In this document: positions 37,581 to 49,143 of the stretch, piece by piece | How positions within the stretch are numbered: the stretch's first letter is position 1 | Layout of the letters: each line of letters starts with the position of its first letter | NCBI GenBank assembly: GCA_051362555.1 | Contig: CM120640.1 | Coordinates: forward strand, 14,632,001 to 14,696,000 | From: Lingula anatina | Taxonomy: Eukaryota > Animalia > Brachiopoda | Reading direction: 5' to 3' | DNA: 64,000 nucleotides | Program-made: the position numbers and the translations under genes | The notes under the pieces: generated by a model | What the model saw: only the letters and a program-made list of their open reading frames with translations | Told to the model about the DNA's origin: nothing | Databases searched by the model: none

Positions 37581-39206
37581 GTAAGGAGGCAGACGCAGCG
37601 CCAATGCAAATCGTTGGATTAATCAGGATTTTGGATCGATGCGACGTCCTGGGTAAGGTCTACTTCGATGTCCTTATAATTGCTATCTAGAATAATGAAG
37701 TAAAGACTGCGTTCAAATATATGCGAATTAAGGATATGATGGTTTTGATGTTCATATTCCAGTTTGTAAATGAAGCTTAAATTTCGATTAAATGCTAGAC
37801 TGATGGCTTGTCCAATAACATTTCAACAAGAAATCTTTTTTCTTATCATCTCTGCGTAAAACAGTATCTGAATGTCTTCAAGATCAATGATATACATTTT
37901 CTACATCAAAGTTGATCCACTGAATCTGTACCCAGCAATTAACCCCCATCAAGTTAACGTACCAGTAACATTTCATTAAACTCCCATACGTCTCCTAATG
38001 AACAATTTTCTAATCTTGCTTTACATATACCCTGCAATCAAACGCAGGTTGAAATTAAATGGCAACCACTACCATTTTGCAGACATACAATGTGCGTTAG
38101 ACTTTTATATAGGGAAAAAATCTTTCTGGACATTTCAGCAATTTCCCCTTTATCACCAAGGTATACCTTACTCAAAACCATTGTGGAAGTTACCTTCTTT
38201 AAACACATTTTAGAATTTTAAATTTCCGATTTTTAACCCCGAGAACATCTCCACTTCGAGATTGACTCAAAACCTAAAAACTCATAACTGTTCTTATGGA
38301 ACGTTATTCTACGAAAGGCTTTGAATATGGTCTACCTGCGTGATTCGATCAACATTAAGTGTTGAAATCTCCAGGAGTTTAGCTATACATGTACATATAA
38401 TGGGCCTAACTCCTATTGTGTGCCTTTAAATTAAATCAACAAAAAATACAGCAGCGCTAAAATCACGTACCTTATGTTGGTATTCAGAGAGCGTGTCGTG
38501 TGGAGCCTGCCACCCGTGTGTGTGCGTGCAGATGCCGTTGACGTTACTTCTTTATAAACAGTGGGTGTCTAAGGAGAGCAGGAAAGCCATTAGTTCTACC
38601 CAGCAACGCACAGGATGAGCCTACAATTGAAGACAATAACTAACATCGTAAAAATGCTTTCCTACGGCTTCGAAACAAGCGTTTAGAAAGGGTAAATTCC
38701 TACCGCTATCAATCTTTTTTTTTTCAAGTTTCACCCGATAAGTTCATTAGACTCGAAGTTCCAGGCATTTCAGAAATAGACAACGCCAGGTTAGCGTGCG
38801 TGTAATCAGCGCTTAGCGTTCTTTGTTAAAAGCCACACGGTGTGGCCGGTTTTGAGTTCCAAATCTCTTCGTGGAAAGCTTTTGAAAGCGCCAAAATGCT
38901 GTGGGAATTTCTTCATTCTTTTTATAAAGCTGCTTACTTGTTGTTTAAAATGGATGTGCTCACTGCCCCCTTGTGACGACAATGATGTTTGTTAGGTGGC
39001 ACGGAGTTAAGCATTCACGTCACATACATAAAACATGCCGGTAAGCTCTGATCTGATTGGAATACATTTTAAACAAATGTAAAGGTTACATGGTCCCGTC
39101 TGTGTGTTATATTATAATTTTCTTCTCCGATATCGATGCATGACATGCCAGTCAGTAAGGTCGGTGCAGTTTGATGAATCAATCTTTTTCTTGTCCATTT
39201 TGTGGA

Positions 39207-39233
39207 GGTGGTGGTGGTGGTGGTGGTGGTGGT

Positions 39234-39299
<66 letters not shown>
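39207..39299. repeat. Compound microsatellite (GGT)n-(GT)n-(GA)n
   Basis: Read directly from the sequence. Confidence 0.95.
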
Positions 39300-39301
<2 letters not shown>

Positions 39302-40146
39302 AGTGCAAAAATCAAGCCTGCAGGAAAAACACCCTGTCGTATTTCGGATAAAATGAGATACTCTCAGACAAAAATGATACCATGAAGGGGTCAGTTTTTT
39401 CTGTCTATTGCATCTTTTACTAAATGACCTTAAAGTCAGCAGAAATTTATTTCCACGGTGTAGTAGTAATTAATGACTTTCATTTTACTCCCACGTCTTG
39501 CACCTATAGAACAGGAAGAGTCACCGGCATGTCTAGAACATTTGACAGATGAACCAACTTTTACGGGAAGAAAAAGGCCAAACTCATGACGGTTTTAAAG
39601 TCAAGGAGGAAATCCATCCATCAAGTTACATTTGGTTAGGTTTATTTATGTCAATTTCACATTATTTAATAGAAACGCCTTGTGATTTTTTACACAGATT
39701 GCTTGGATCGCTGATTATCTTTGATAGGCTTAATAATTCTCCAAGTATGCACAGTACACGGTTTCCTATTAAATGCAACATGCTTTATTCTTTAAATTTT
39801 AGCGTTATCACATATATTTATAGTGACCAAGAAAATGATACGAACCGCGTCAAAAGACGAAACACTACCGAAATGCTGCAGAACAAGTATTTTTTGTATT
39901 GTTAGGCAAGATGGTGATTAATAACTGTGATATTTGAGAATGTTAGTACATGCATTTACGCATATCTCTCCTTGAATCCACGTGACCTCTCACAAAACCG
40001 CGTGACCTTTCACAAATCATCCAATCAGCTTTGCCCAGTTTGGCTTCATGTCTACATGGCACTCAAATACCACAAAGTTCAAACCTGTCAATCGGCCACG
40101 TGTAGAATTTGAAATTAAAAAAAATAAGCTGGCCCGCGTCGACTAT

Positions 40147-40321
40147 AACCGCATTCAGAACAGTGGACTAACTAGCCCGAGAGTCAAATATGGCGACCCA
40201 CTAAAAAACTTGCCGTCTAATCCGCTAATAGACACTGAACAGATTCCCCGTGGAGAAGTATTCAAATGGGTCGGCCATATTTGACCCTCGGACTAGTTAG
40301 TCCACTGTTCTGAATGCGGTC
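40147..40321. mobile_element. Harbinger-type MITE, family B copy 1
   Basis: ~45-bp TIRs accgcattcagaacagtggactaactag..gtcaaatatggc / ggccatatttgac..ctagttagtccactgttctgaatgcggt. Core is shared with 42270-42444. Confidence 0.8.
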
Positions 40322-40330
40322 ATAATATAA

Positions 40331-40555
40331 GGCCCCATTCCCATAGATTTTAGATCGATCTATCCCTGTGGGGAGTCTCACTAGATTACTGTCAGCCTAG
40401 CCGGCTTAAGCGTCTGTCCCGCCTACTAAAAGCTGTAAGGAGGTAATTAACTATGGTGCGCGCTCGGCTGACTGCAACTTAGCGTGAACCCCCAGGGAGT
40501 TAGGTCGATCTAAATCTAAATCTCTGGATCGATCTAAATCTCTGGGAATGCACCC
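40331..40555 (+). mobile_element. Harbinger-type MITE, family A copy 1 (GATCGATCTA subrepeats)
   Basis: Ends ggccccattccca / tgggaatgcaccc, flanks taa / tga. Highly similar to the reverse complement of 44639-44864. Confidence 0.85.
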
Positions 40556-42269
40556 TGAGACTCTGGCCACTGGGTTGTGAGAGCTGCAGTCAGAGCTGGG
40601 GCTAATAGAAGGATTACATAGGCTCCCAAAAGACTACCTGGACGTTTTATTGGGATTGGGAAGTATTATTGTCGAGCTAAGTGCAAGCCAATCCTTTTCC
40701 GGTTTACAAAGATATTTGTGAAATCAACAACCTTTGCCTCATTCAAATTTGAAATAAACATCTCACAAAACCACCGAAAGCGGATTGTCCTAATATGACC
40801 ATTAAATAATAGCAAAACGTAAGCCTTTCTCACGGTAGTTATAAATAAATGCAAATCCTTTAACACGTAGTTGAGTATAGTTATTTCGTTCTCAGCGTAG
40901 TTTTGGATATCAGTGCTACCTTTGTTTGTTGGTTCTGAGTGGACTTGATGCGTCTCCGTTCTGCTGGCTCTGATGAAGTTTGACGTTTTCTAATGATCAT
41001 GCACAAATAGATTGTGCAGCTTGTAAGGAGATCCCGCAAATATAATTGGCGATTTATTGGACGAACAGAGAAAAGTGTCATCCGTCGGTCAATCCGCCTT
41101 CTTAGGCTTACCCCAGTCGCCTTGATAAACTCCTAGGAGGACTTATTTGTGCCTGGTTTAGACTTTAGAAGCTGGTTCTCTACTTCTTTTGCTTATATTC
41201 ACACCAAATTGTGTTCGGACAAAACGAGTCTTTATTAGCTGCCTCACCACATACACAATAAGCGCATTAAGACATTGAATGATAATTCCTTGTATCGACC
41301 ATACAGAAATGCAGATGGACGTGTCGTTCATTATACACCAAGAGATCGAATAAATAGTAACAGACTATTTTGTACAGTGTTAATAGGGCTCTTTATGAAA
41401 GACTCCGAAGAAAAAAGTGCCCTTTTATCACCCCGAGAAATTCAAGATGCCCAAAGTGGAAAGAGGAGAAAGCTTGTTTAAACTTTCAAGTAGATAATGC
41501 ACAATTCCCACAACCACCCACCGCGGAACCAATTCCAGAACAGACGGTGACGTGGTTTGATAAAAAAAAAGTCAAAACAACACATCTTCACTTCACCATT
41601 TTGTGGATTCATATCAAATTGCTACATGAACTGATCTTATTAATTATCTAGATCTCGAATTCTCTTTAGTGTGAAGATTTTAGTGAAAGGCTTAGGTATA
41701 TCGATATGTGACACCATTTGAATGGTTAAATGTGCCACTGGGTCCCAATACTAACATTAATTCAGGTGGTCAGCGGTGCTGGAGATCGATTCAAGTTTTT
41801 CAGAGACTTTCTTTCTTTTTTCGGGACGGGGGGATGTTAACTGTAAGAATCAGCCGCTAGGGATTTCTAGGTACATGGGTTTTTTGATAATAGATAGTTT
41901 TCCAAGGTGGTATTGTTTTTTGAAAAAAAAAACCCAACAAATATCCATACCATTTGTAATTTGTACTGATCGAAATAAAGAGTTTTCAATACCAGTCATC
42001 ACAGTTATCAGCTTAACAGGATAACACAAGGTAGTCAAGTCACGTAAGACTCTAGACTACTGTCTGAAACATTATTCTCTATCGGATTTTGAATTTTAAG
42101 GGAAAATGCATATCGTATTTACAACAAACTCAACAAGACATAGTCTTTGTACGTCTAAATACGAAACAACGATTTTTGTAAGTTGAGTAGTAGTGAAGTA
42201 GTTAAAGTATACACATTCTTTAATTGCAACAGTGAAATAGGAATCCACTGTCCCTACAGATGAGTCTAA

Positions 42270-42444
42270 GGCCCTATTCAGAATAGGGGCCTTACTAATC
42301 CGAGGGTCAAATATGGTGACCCACTACAAAGCTTGCCGTCTAATTCGTTAATAGACACTGAATAGATATCCTGTGGGGAAGTATTCAAGTGGGTCGGCCA
42401 TATTTGACCCTCGGACTAGTTAGTCCCCTATTGTGAATGGGGCC
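42270..42444. mobile_element. Harbinger-type MITE, family B copy 2
   Basis: taa|ggccctattcagaatagggg...cccctattgtgaatggggcc|taa, with the same core as 40147-40321. Confidence 0.85.
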
Positions 42445-42713
42445 TAAGACACTAACATCCTACGTAATCTTAGCCATCACTGTCCTACACAATTTGCTAC
42501 GGAACAAGATGTCAGTCAAAAATAACCTCTTAGAAGTTAAGTCAACGATTTTCAGACCGTTAAAAGGGCTACACTTAACAACATCCACAACTTATAAAAG
42601 CAGCAGGACCCTTATTCAAATAGGCGTGGTTAATCTAAATAGTGGGTTGGTAAAAATAGTTTTTCACAATATGGTCAAGACACCGCAATGCTAAACTCCA
42701 TTAGTTAACATAA

Positions 42714-43880
42714 TAGTCCATGAGCCAAATTGAAAAAAGGCCTTATTTAAGGATTTGGCTGCACCCCCCGTCAGGCAAAGGTTTTATGATTGATTCTTGT
42801 AGTTTAGAACCTGAATTTTTCATTTCTGCTTGTTTCCGGCTTGAAAAAGTGTCCGTTTGTACCGGAAACAGGCCAAATCCAAGATGGCCGCCAGTAAATT
42901 CATGTGTCAACTGTAAATACAAAAATTGATTTGAAAGTTACTTAACAACTTAATATTATCAAAATTTGCACTGATCACGAGTACTTTGGCCTTCTTTGAT
43001 TTTTCAGGCACTTTACATTTTTCAAGATGGCGACTGAATCCAAGATGGCGGCCATTTTCCTTACTTTTTGTGAAAAAATACAAATACCTAAATTTGAAAT
43101 TTTTTTTTATTAACCAAAAATTAGGAATGTTTTACATGTTTTGATGTATTTGAATAAGGTGAAGTCTATATTTTTAATTTTTACCAGTTAATTTATCACA
43201 AAATTGTACATTTGAACACAGATGGCTCTAATCCAAGATGGCCACCACATAAAATGGGCTTTTTGTTTTGATATGTCAACAAGAGTTTCTCAGTATAAAA
43301 CATCTCAGACTACTTAATGGAGGATTTATTGCACAGGTCATGGTATGAAATGTATGACTGAATAATTTAAATTGTTTTGAGATTTTGTTCAGGGTATAAA
43401 AATCCAAAATGGCCGCCAATTTCTGGATTCAAAACGTACATAATTTTGATTTGCATGTTAAAAAACATTAAATTGAATAATTAGCAAATTAAAAATATTT
43501 ATTTTTAGATAAATTTATCTGTATTGCAATCTCAATTTGCTTCTTGGACACTTTATTCTGTCAAAAAGTGGTTAATTTTTCTTCATTTATCATGATTCCA
43601 AGTTTGCCATTGATAAAAATGAACTGCACGCTACCCGTATGGACAATACCATACGTTATGAGCCTTACGTAAAAGGCTATTTCTGAGCTTTATTGTTGAA
43701 GTATGGAATGGAATATATAACTGAATGATTCAAAATGCTTTTAGGCTTGTAGTTTAGGGTTGAAAAGTCCAAAATGGCCGTCAATTTCTGGATTCAAAAC
43801 AAACGACATTTTGATTTGCATGTTGAAAAGCATCAAATTGAATGATGGGCAAATGATTAAAGACTATATTTTGATAAACT
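42714..43880 (+). repeat. Left long inverted arm of the 5.7-kb element
   Basis: Reverse complement of ~47230-48387. Repeated CCAARATGGCCGCC motifs and a ~365-bp internal duplication (43404 vs 43769). Confidence 0.85.
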
Positions 43881-44029
43881 ACAGTGTCCTTTTACTGTTT
43901 AGAATCTAATTTTTCCAAAAAGTAATTATCTAAGCTCCAATCATCAAAAAAATCCAAGATGGCCACCAACAAAAATGAATTTTAGGTAAACATGGATGAA
44001 AACACACTGTTGAGTCGTAATTTTATACA

Positions 44030-44032
<3 letters not shown>

Positions 44033-44082
<50 letters not shown>
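44033..44082. repeat. (AT)n microsatellite
   Basis: Read directly from the sequence. Confidence 0.95.
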
Positions 44083-44085
<3 letters not shown>

Positions 44086-44638
44086 TGTGCTTAATAAGGT
44101 TGAGTGAATCTCAAATGCTTTGCCGTTTTCTTGAACAGAAATTGATGCATAACACACAAGGGACAGCAATTTTTTTCAGCAGCAACTATATAGGTTAGTA
44201 AAATGACAATTTTCAATATTGCAGACAAAATGTATGCCCAAAATGCCCTAACAAGAGTGACGTACATCATTTACAACTTAAGGATCAATAGTTTGTTATA
44301 TGGGGGGTGGGCTGTAAAATTTAATTTTCATATGATAGCACTTCTATTGTTACATTTCAAATGGACTTGGGTTACTGGTACATTGCTTGTTGAAAGTTCC
44401 CTGTCAAGCTTGACGAAAGAGCCAGGATCTCAGTCAAAAAAGGGACTTACTAGTAGTAGTGATAAGATTTCTCACATTCTGCTAGGTGTTGATCGTAAAG
44501 AAGAATCAGAATTATCCTAATCTCAAGCAACCAAAAGGTAAAATCTTTAATTTATCTGAAAAAAAGGGATGGATAACATGCAGCTGTAGCATTATTCTAC
44601 ATGTATAAATCCGGGAAGCAATCACTATCATAAACTAA

Positions 44639-44864
44639 GGGTGCTTTCCCAGAGATTTAGATCGATCTAGAGATTAAGATTTAGATCGACCTAACTCCCT
44701 GGGGGTTCACGCTAAATTGCAGTCAGCCAAGCGAGCACCATAGTTAATTACCCCCTTACAGCTTTTAGTAGGCAGGACAGACGCTTAAGCCGGCCAAGCT
44801 GACAGTAATCTAGTGAGACTCCCCACAGGGATAGATCGATCTAAAAATCTATGGAAATGGGGTG
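44639..44864 (-). mobile_element. Harbinger-type MITE, family A copy 2, nested in the 5.7-kb element
   Basis: TAA at 44636-44638 and 44865-44867. Reverse complement of 40331-40555. Confidence 0.85.
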
Positions 44865-45249
44865 TAAGACCAGCAAAGAAGTTGCAAGAAAATGTCTGGA
44901 TCTCCAAGAACATCTTTTGTCTCTTTAGAGAACAGTGCTGGATAATAATACATTCAGGGAACTCATGAAGTGGTGCTGCAAAGTGAAGTACATTGATGGT
45001 GAATGATGTATGGCACATGTAAGTGACGATGAAGGAGTTCAAGCACAACATGACAAATGATGTTTATGATACAATGTATATATAGGTGCAGGTAATTCTT
45101 GCACTTCACGGATAGGTACTGCTCAATATGTTCCATTATTTCTTTTAAAATCCAACATTATTCTGTTGAGAGAAAAAATATTTGGATATCCAAACATTGG
45201 AGAAACACAGACTAAAACAAACTTTCTTAATAAACTAATTAACAAATAG

Positions 45250-45408
45250 ATCACCACCAAAATCTACTTACTTTTAGCCTAAAAAATGACCTATCCTGAA
45301 TTCTTCAGTCTATCCTGAAATTTTTGAGTTAGGCTGATAACAATCTGAGAAACCATAACAAATGGACAAGCGAAGGTGAAAATGTGACCTTCTCGGAAGA
45401 GGTAATAA
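45250..45408 (+). mobile_element. Possible Helentron-associated (HINE/DINE-like) end fragment
   Basis: tttttgagtta...ggtgaaaatgtgaccttctcggaagaggtaataaa resembles the gaaaacataacctccttggcggaggtaat hairpin end of such elements (recalled pattern, not searched). Confidence 0.4.
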
Positions 45409-47229
45409 AGCATGCATACTAAGCTCCCGCATACATGTGTGTATATGGATCAGAGACCTGAACACAGGGCAAGAGGCTCACTCTCTTAAAACAAAGGTGT
45501 TTGCACACAACCTTTGGCATCATCAGGCAAGCCAGAGTAACTATTACAGAAGTTTTAAACAGGCATTTCTGTGCTAAAGAAGACTAAGTTGACTTGGACA
45601 TGTGAACTAGATGAATGTTGCATAGCAAAATCCCAAAACAGCTGTCACCTGTACTATTTGACCAATTGGTTTTGGGTAGCAATCTCAGAGGAAGACCATG
45701 GTTGAGACTTAAGGACTGAAACTTGCAAAAGCAGCCTGTTTAATTCCACACAGTGACACACTGGCAAAGGAGTAAACATTATCTAGAGCAAAGTAGATTA
45801 AATCTAATTGTCTCTCAAAGAATAACTAAAAGAGGTCAACAACTCGCTACAGCAAAATGAACAGACTTTGAAGCAAAATCACCATGAAATACTGACATAA
45901 ACCCTGTAACACCTCCCTTGCTTGTAGATTCTAAAACAGAACTTGCTTATAAAACATGAAAAAGATGAGCCATGAGAGAATCCGACGTTAGAAGACTATG
46001 GATACCAAATTGAGACATTCATTGCTGCATAAGACTCTTAACTTGAGTGGTGACCATATTGAATATTGTAGACATGAAACTGGTTTAAAACATAAAATAA
46101 TTAAACTTCTTAATAAAGTGTTAACTTTTTAAAATTATGTATTCAAGAAATATTTGACGTAATGATTGTCCCAGCCCCATTATTTGAAAATCATTTGCAG
46201 TGGCACCCCATCTTGACTTTATTGATGTTTTTGGCCATTACTTACTAGCAAAAGGAGACTGGAATTCAATCAAATTAATTAAATGTATAACTTTTCAGAA
46301 TTAACATTTGATTTCGATTATTTTTACTTTTTTATTTACATGAATGGCTTATGGTAAGAATTCACAGTTAATAGTGGTATTGTTGCCATCTTGGATATCC
46401 TGTCATATTTGAAACATTTGAAATATTTTAAATAGAGAAAGCTTCGAAATCATACCAAAATAGGAAAAAGGAGTCTGCAATATATACAGTTTTATCAAAA
46501 ACGTACATAACGCCTTCTGTATTCATTTTCAATGCAGTTTGATTTTTTCTCATTACGTACAGAGAATTTATGGGCAAAAAATCAGAAGGGATCATTTGTT
46601 CAATTCTGTAGCCTTCCAAAAATTTGAACTGAATTAAACAATACTGTAGATGAATTATTGCATGAAAAAGACATTCAATTTGAAATCTAGAAAGACATAA
46701 AGCTTTCGTTCATAATCAACTCACTATAATCAACTCTTTTTCATTGGTAGCCGTCATTGATTTATGGCAATCAAGTAAAATATGATGAATTTAAGGAAAT
46801 ATGAATGGTCAAAGTAGCAAGAAAGGCCTGGATGTTAAAGATACATCACAGTGGTTTTAAAATAATGTTTCTTTAATTTTTCTATATATATATATTATTA
46901 GTAATGAATCAGATAAGTAAGCATAATTAATGTACGTAATAGCAGCCATCTTGAATATCAATTGCAATGTAAAAATCTGAGAAAGTTTCTTTGAAATAAT
47001 TCAAAGAAAAAGTTATTTAGGATAAAAAGTAATTTAAAAATGAGTTCAAAAAAGTACAGAAATACTGTGTACGCAATTTAGTAAGGCTCTCAACGAGGTA
47101 TTGTCCACACAGGTAGTTGCAGTTCATTTTCAACAATGGCCAACTTGGAATCATGATAAATGAAGCAAAAAAATCACTTTTTGACAGAATGAAGTGTCCA
47201 AGAAGCAAAATGAGATTGCAATACAGATA

Positions 47230-48387
47230 AATTTATCAAAAAATAAATATCTTTAATTTGCTAATTATTCAATTTGATGTTTTTCAACATGCAAATCAAA
47301 ATAATGTATGTTTTGGATCCAGAAATTGACGGCCATTTTGGACTTTTCAACCCAAAACTATAAGCCTAAAACCATTTTGAATCATTCAGTTATATATTCC
47401 ATTCCATAACTTGAACAATAAAGCTCAGAAATAGCCTTTTAAGTAAGGCTCACAACATGTGGTATTGTCCATACGGGTAGCGTGCAGTTCATTTTTATCA
47501 ATGGCAAACTTGGAATCATGATAAATGAAGAAAAATTAACCACTTTTTGGCTGAATAAAGTGTCTAAGAAGCAAAATGAAATTTCAATACAGATAAATTT
47601 ATCAAAAAATAAATGTTTTTAATTTACTTATTATTCAATTAATGTTTTTTAACATGCAAATCAAAATAATGTACGTTTTGAATCCAGAAATTGGCGGCCA
47701 TTTTGGATTTTTATACCCTGAACAAAATCTCAAAACAATTTAAATTATTCAGTCATACATTTCATACCATGACCTGTGCAATAAATCCTCCATTAAGTAG
47801 TCTGAGATGTTTTATACTGAGAAAGGCTTGTTGACATATCAAAACAAAAAGCCCATTTTATGTGGTGGCCATCTTGGATTAGAGCCATCTGTGTTCAAAG
47901 GTACAATTTTGTGATAAATTAACCGTTAAAAATTAAAAATATAGACTTCAACTTATTCAAATACATCAAAACATGTAAAATATTCCTAATTTTTGGTTAA
48001 TAAAAAAAAAATTCAAATTTAGGTATTCGTATTTTTTCACAAAAAGTAAGGAAAATGGCCGCCATCTTGGATTCAGTCGCCATCTTGAAAAATGTAAAGT
48101 GCCTGAAAAATCAAAGAAGGCCAAAGTACTTGTGATCAGTGCAAATTTTGATAATATTAAGTTGTTAAGTAACTTTTAAATCAATTTTTGTATTTACAGT
48201 TGACACATGAATTTACTGGCGGCCATCTTGGATTTGGCCTGTTTCCGGTACAAACGGACACTTTTTCAAGCCGGAAACAAGCAGAAATGAAAAATTCAGG
48301 TTCTAAACTACAAGAATCAATCATAAAACCTTTGCCTGACAGGGGGTGCAGCCAAATTGGATTTTTTGGCCTTTGGCTCATGGACTA
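47230..48387 (-). repeat. Right long inverted arm of the 5.7-kb element
   Basis: Reverse complement of the left arm. The ~363-bp unit extends further inward on this side (47138 vs 47501; 47330 vs 47693). Confidence 0.85.
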
Positions 48388-49017
48388 TAAATAGTATTTT
48401 TATATTGAAAATTATATATTCAATTGATTGAACTCTGCAAAAACAGTTTATTGGTGTTCATCTAAAATAGTAACGTTATTAAAATATACCTGTGGCGTTT
48501 TAGAAAATAAAACGTTTTCTGAAAACCTAATACAATTATAATCATTTAAAAACGTTTGCAAAGCTTTATGAGTTAGCCGGTGCAAACATGACTGTCATAT
48601 TATTAAGACTGGAGAAGCAAATTCATCTCATTTGCATGTCCCATACAGATCAACGTGACTAACAGAAATTTTACTGGTTTCTCTTCATCTCAGTTTTTTG
48701 GCTAAATAACCGGCCGAAATATCAGCGCAGCGCGTGCATGTATATCCGAATTTCCAACTCAGAAAGACGATATCTGTTTTCCATACGTGTCGAAAGTGAC
48801 TGGTTAGGTTGGTATTAGTTCTCCCACTGTTGAATCACTGTATATGTAAAGCACTTTGCAAGTCTCAGTCGTGGTGATTCAACGGGAATAAATATCTTGG
48901 TCAGACTGACTAAGGACATTATTTTTAAAAACTTTGTCACATTCGTTTTTCTGTCTCACGATAAGACTGCATCTGAGAGCGGAATGAACGCGGATAGCGC
49001 GAATAACGCTTTCTTAG

Positions 49018-49143
49018 CCTCTACCAGGGCCGCAGATTAAATTATGTGCACTTTTTTCTAGCACGCGGAAATTTGTGTCACGAATTAGCCAGAGACATAT
49101 CTGTGAATATCTATTGAAAATCAAGCTGTGGCCCTGGTAGAGG
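49018..49143. mobile_element. Old palindromic MITE, same family as 33970-34122
   Basis: cctctaccagggccgcag / ctgtggccctggtagagg inverted arms, with shared internal atctgtgaatatc. Confidence 0.55.

Larger units (their letters stand above)
42714..48387. mobile_element. 5.7-kb non-autonomous DNA transposon with ~1.15-kb inverted arms; Academ-like termini (superfamily inferred)
   Basis: taa|TAGTCCATGAGCCAAA...TTTGGCTCATGGACTA|taa. Arms 42714-~43880 and ~47230-48387 are reverse complements (the ORF track gives nearly the same peptide at 42720+ and 48381-). No transposase ORF inside. Confidence 0.85.

Noticed and set aside
42720-42929. Two near-identical ORFs (42720-42929 + and 48181-48381 -) that look like a duplicated small gene
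   Set aside because: They are mirror translations of the transposon's inverted arms, with no recognisable domain.
44200-46200. Possible transposase remnants inside the 5.7-kb element
   Set aside because: Only faint, stop-riddled resemblances by eye; not supportable without a profile search.
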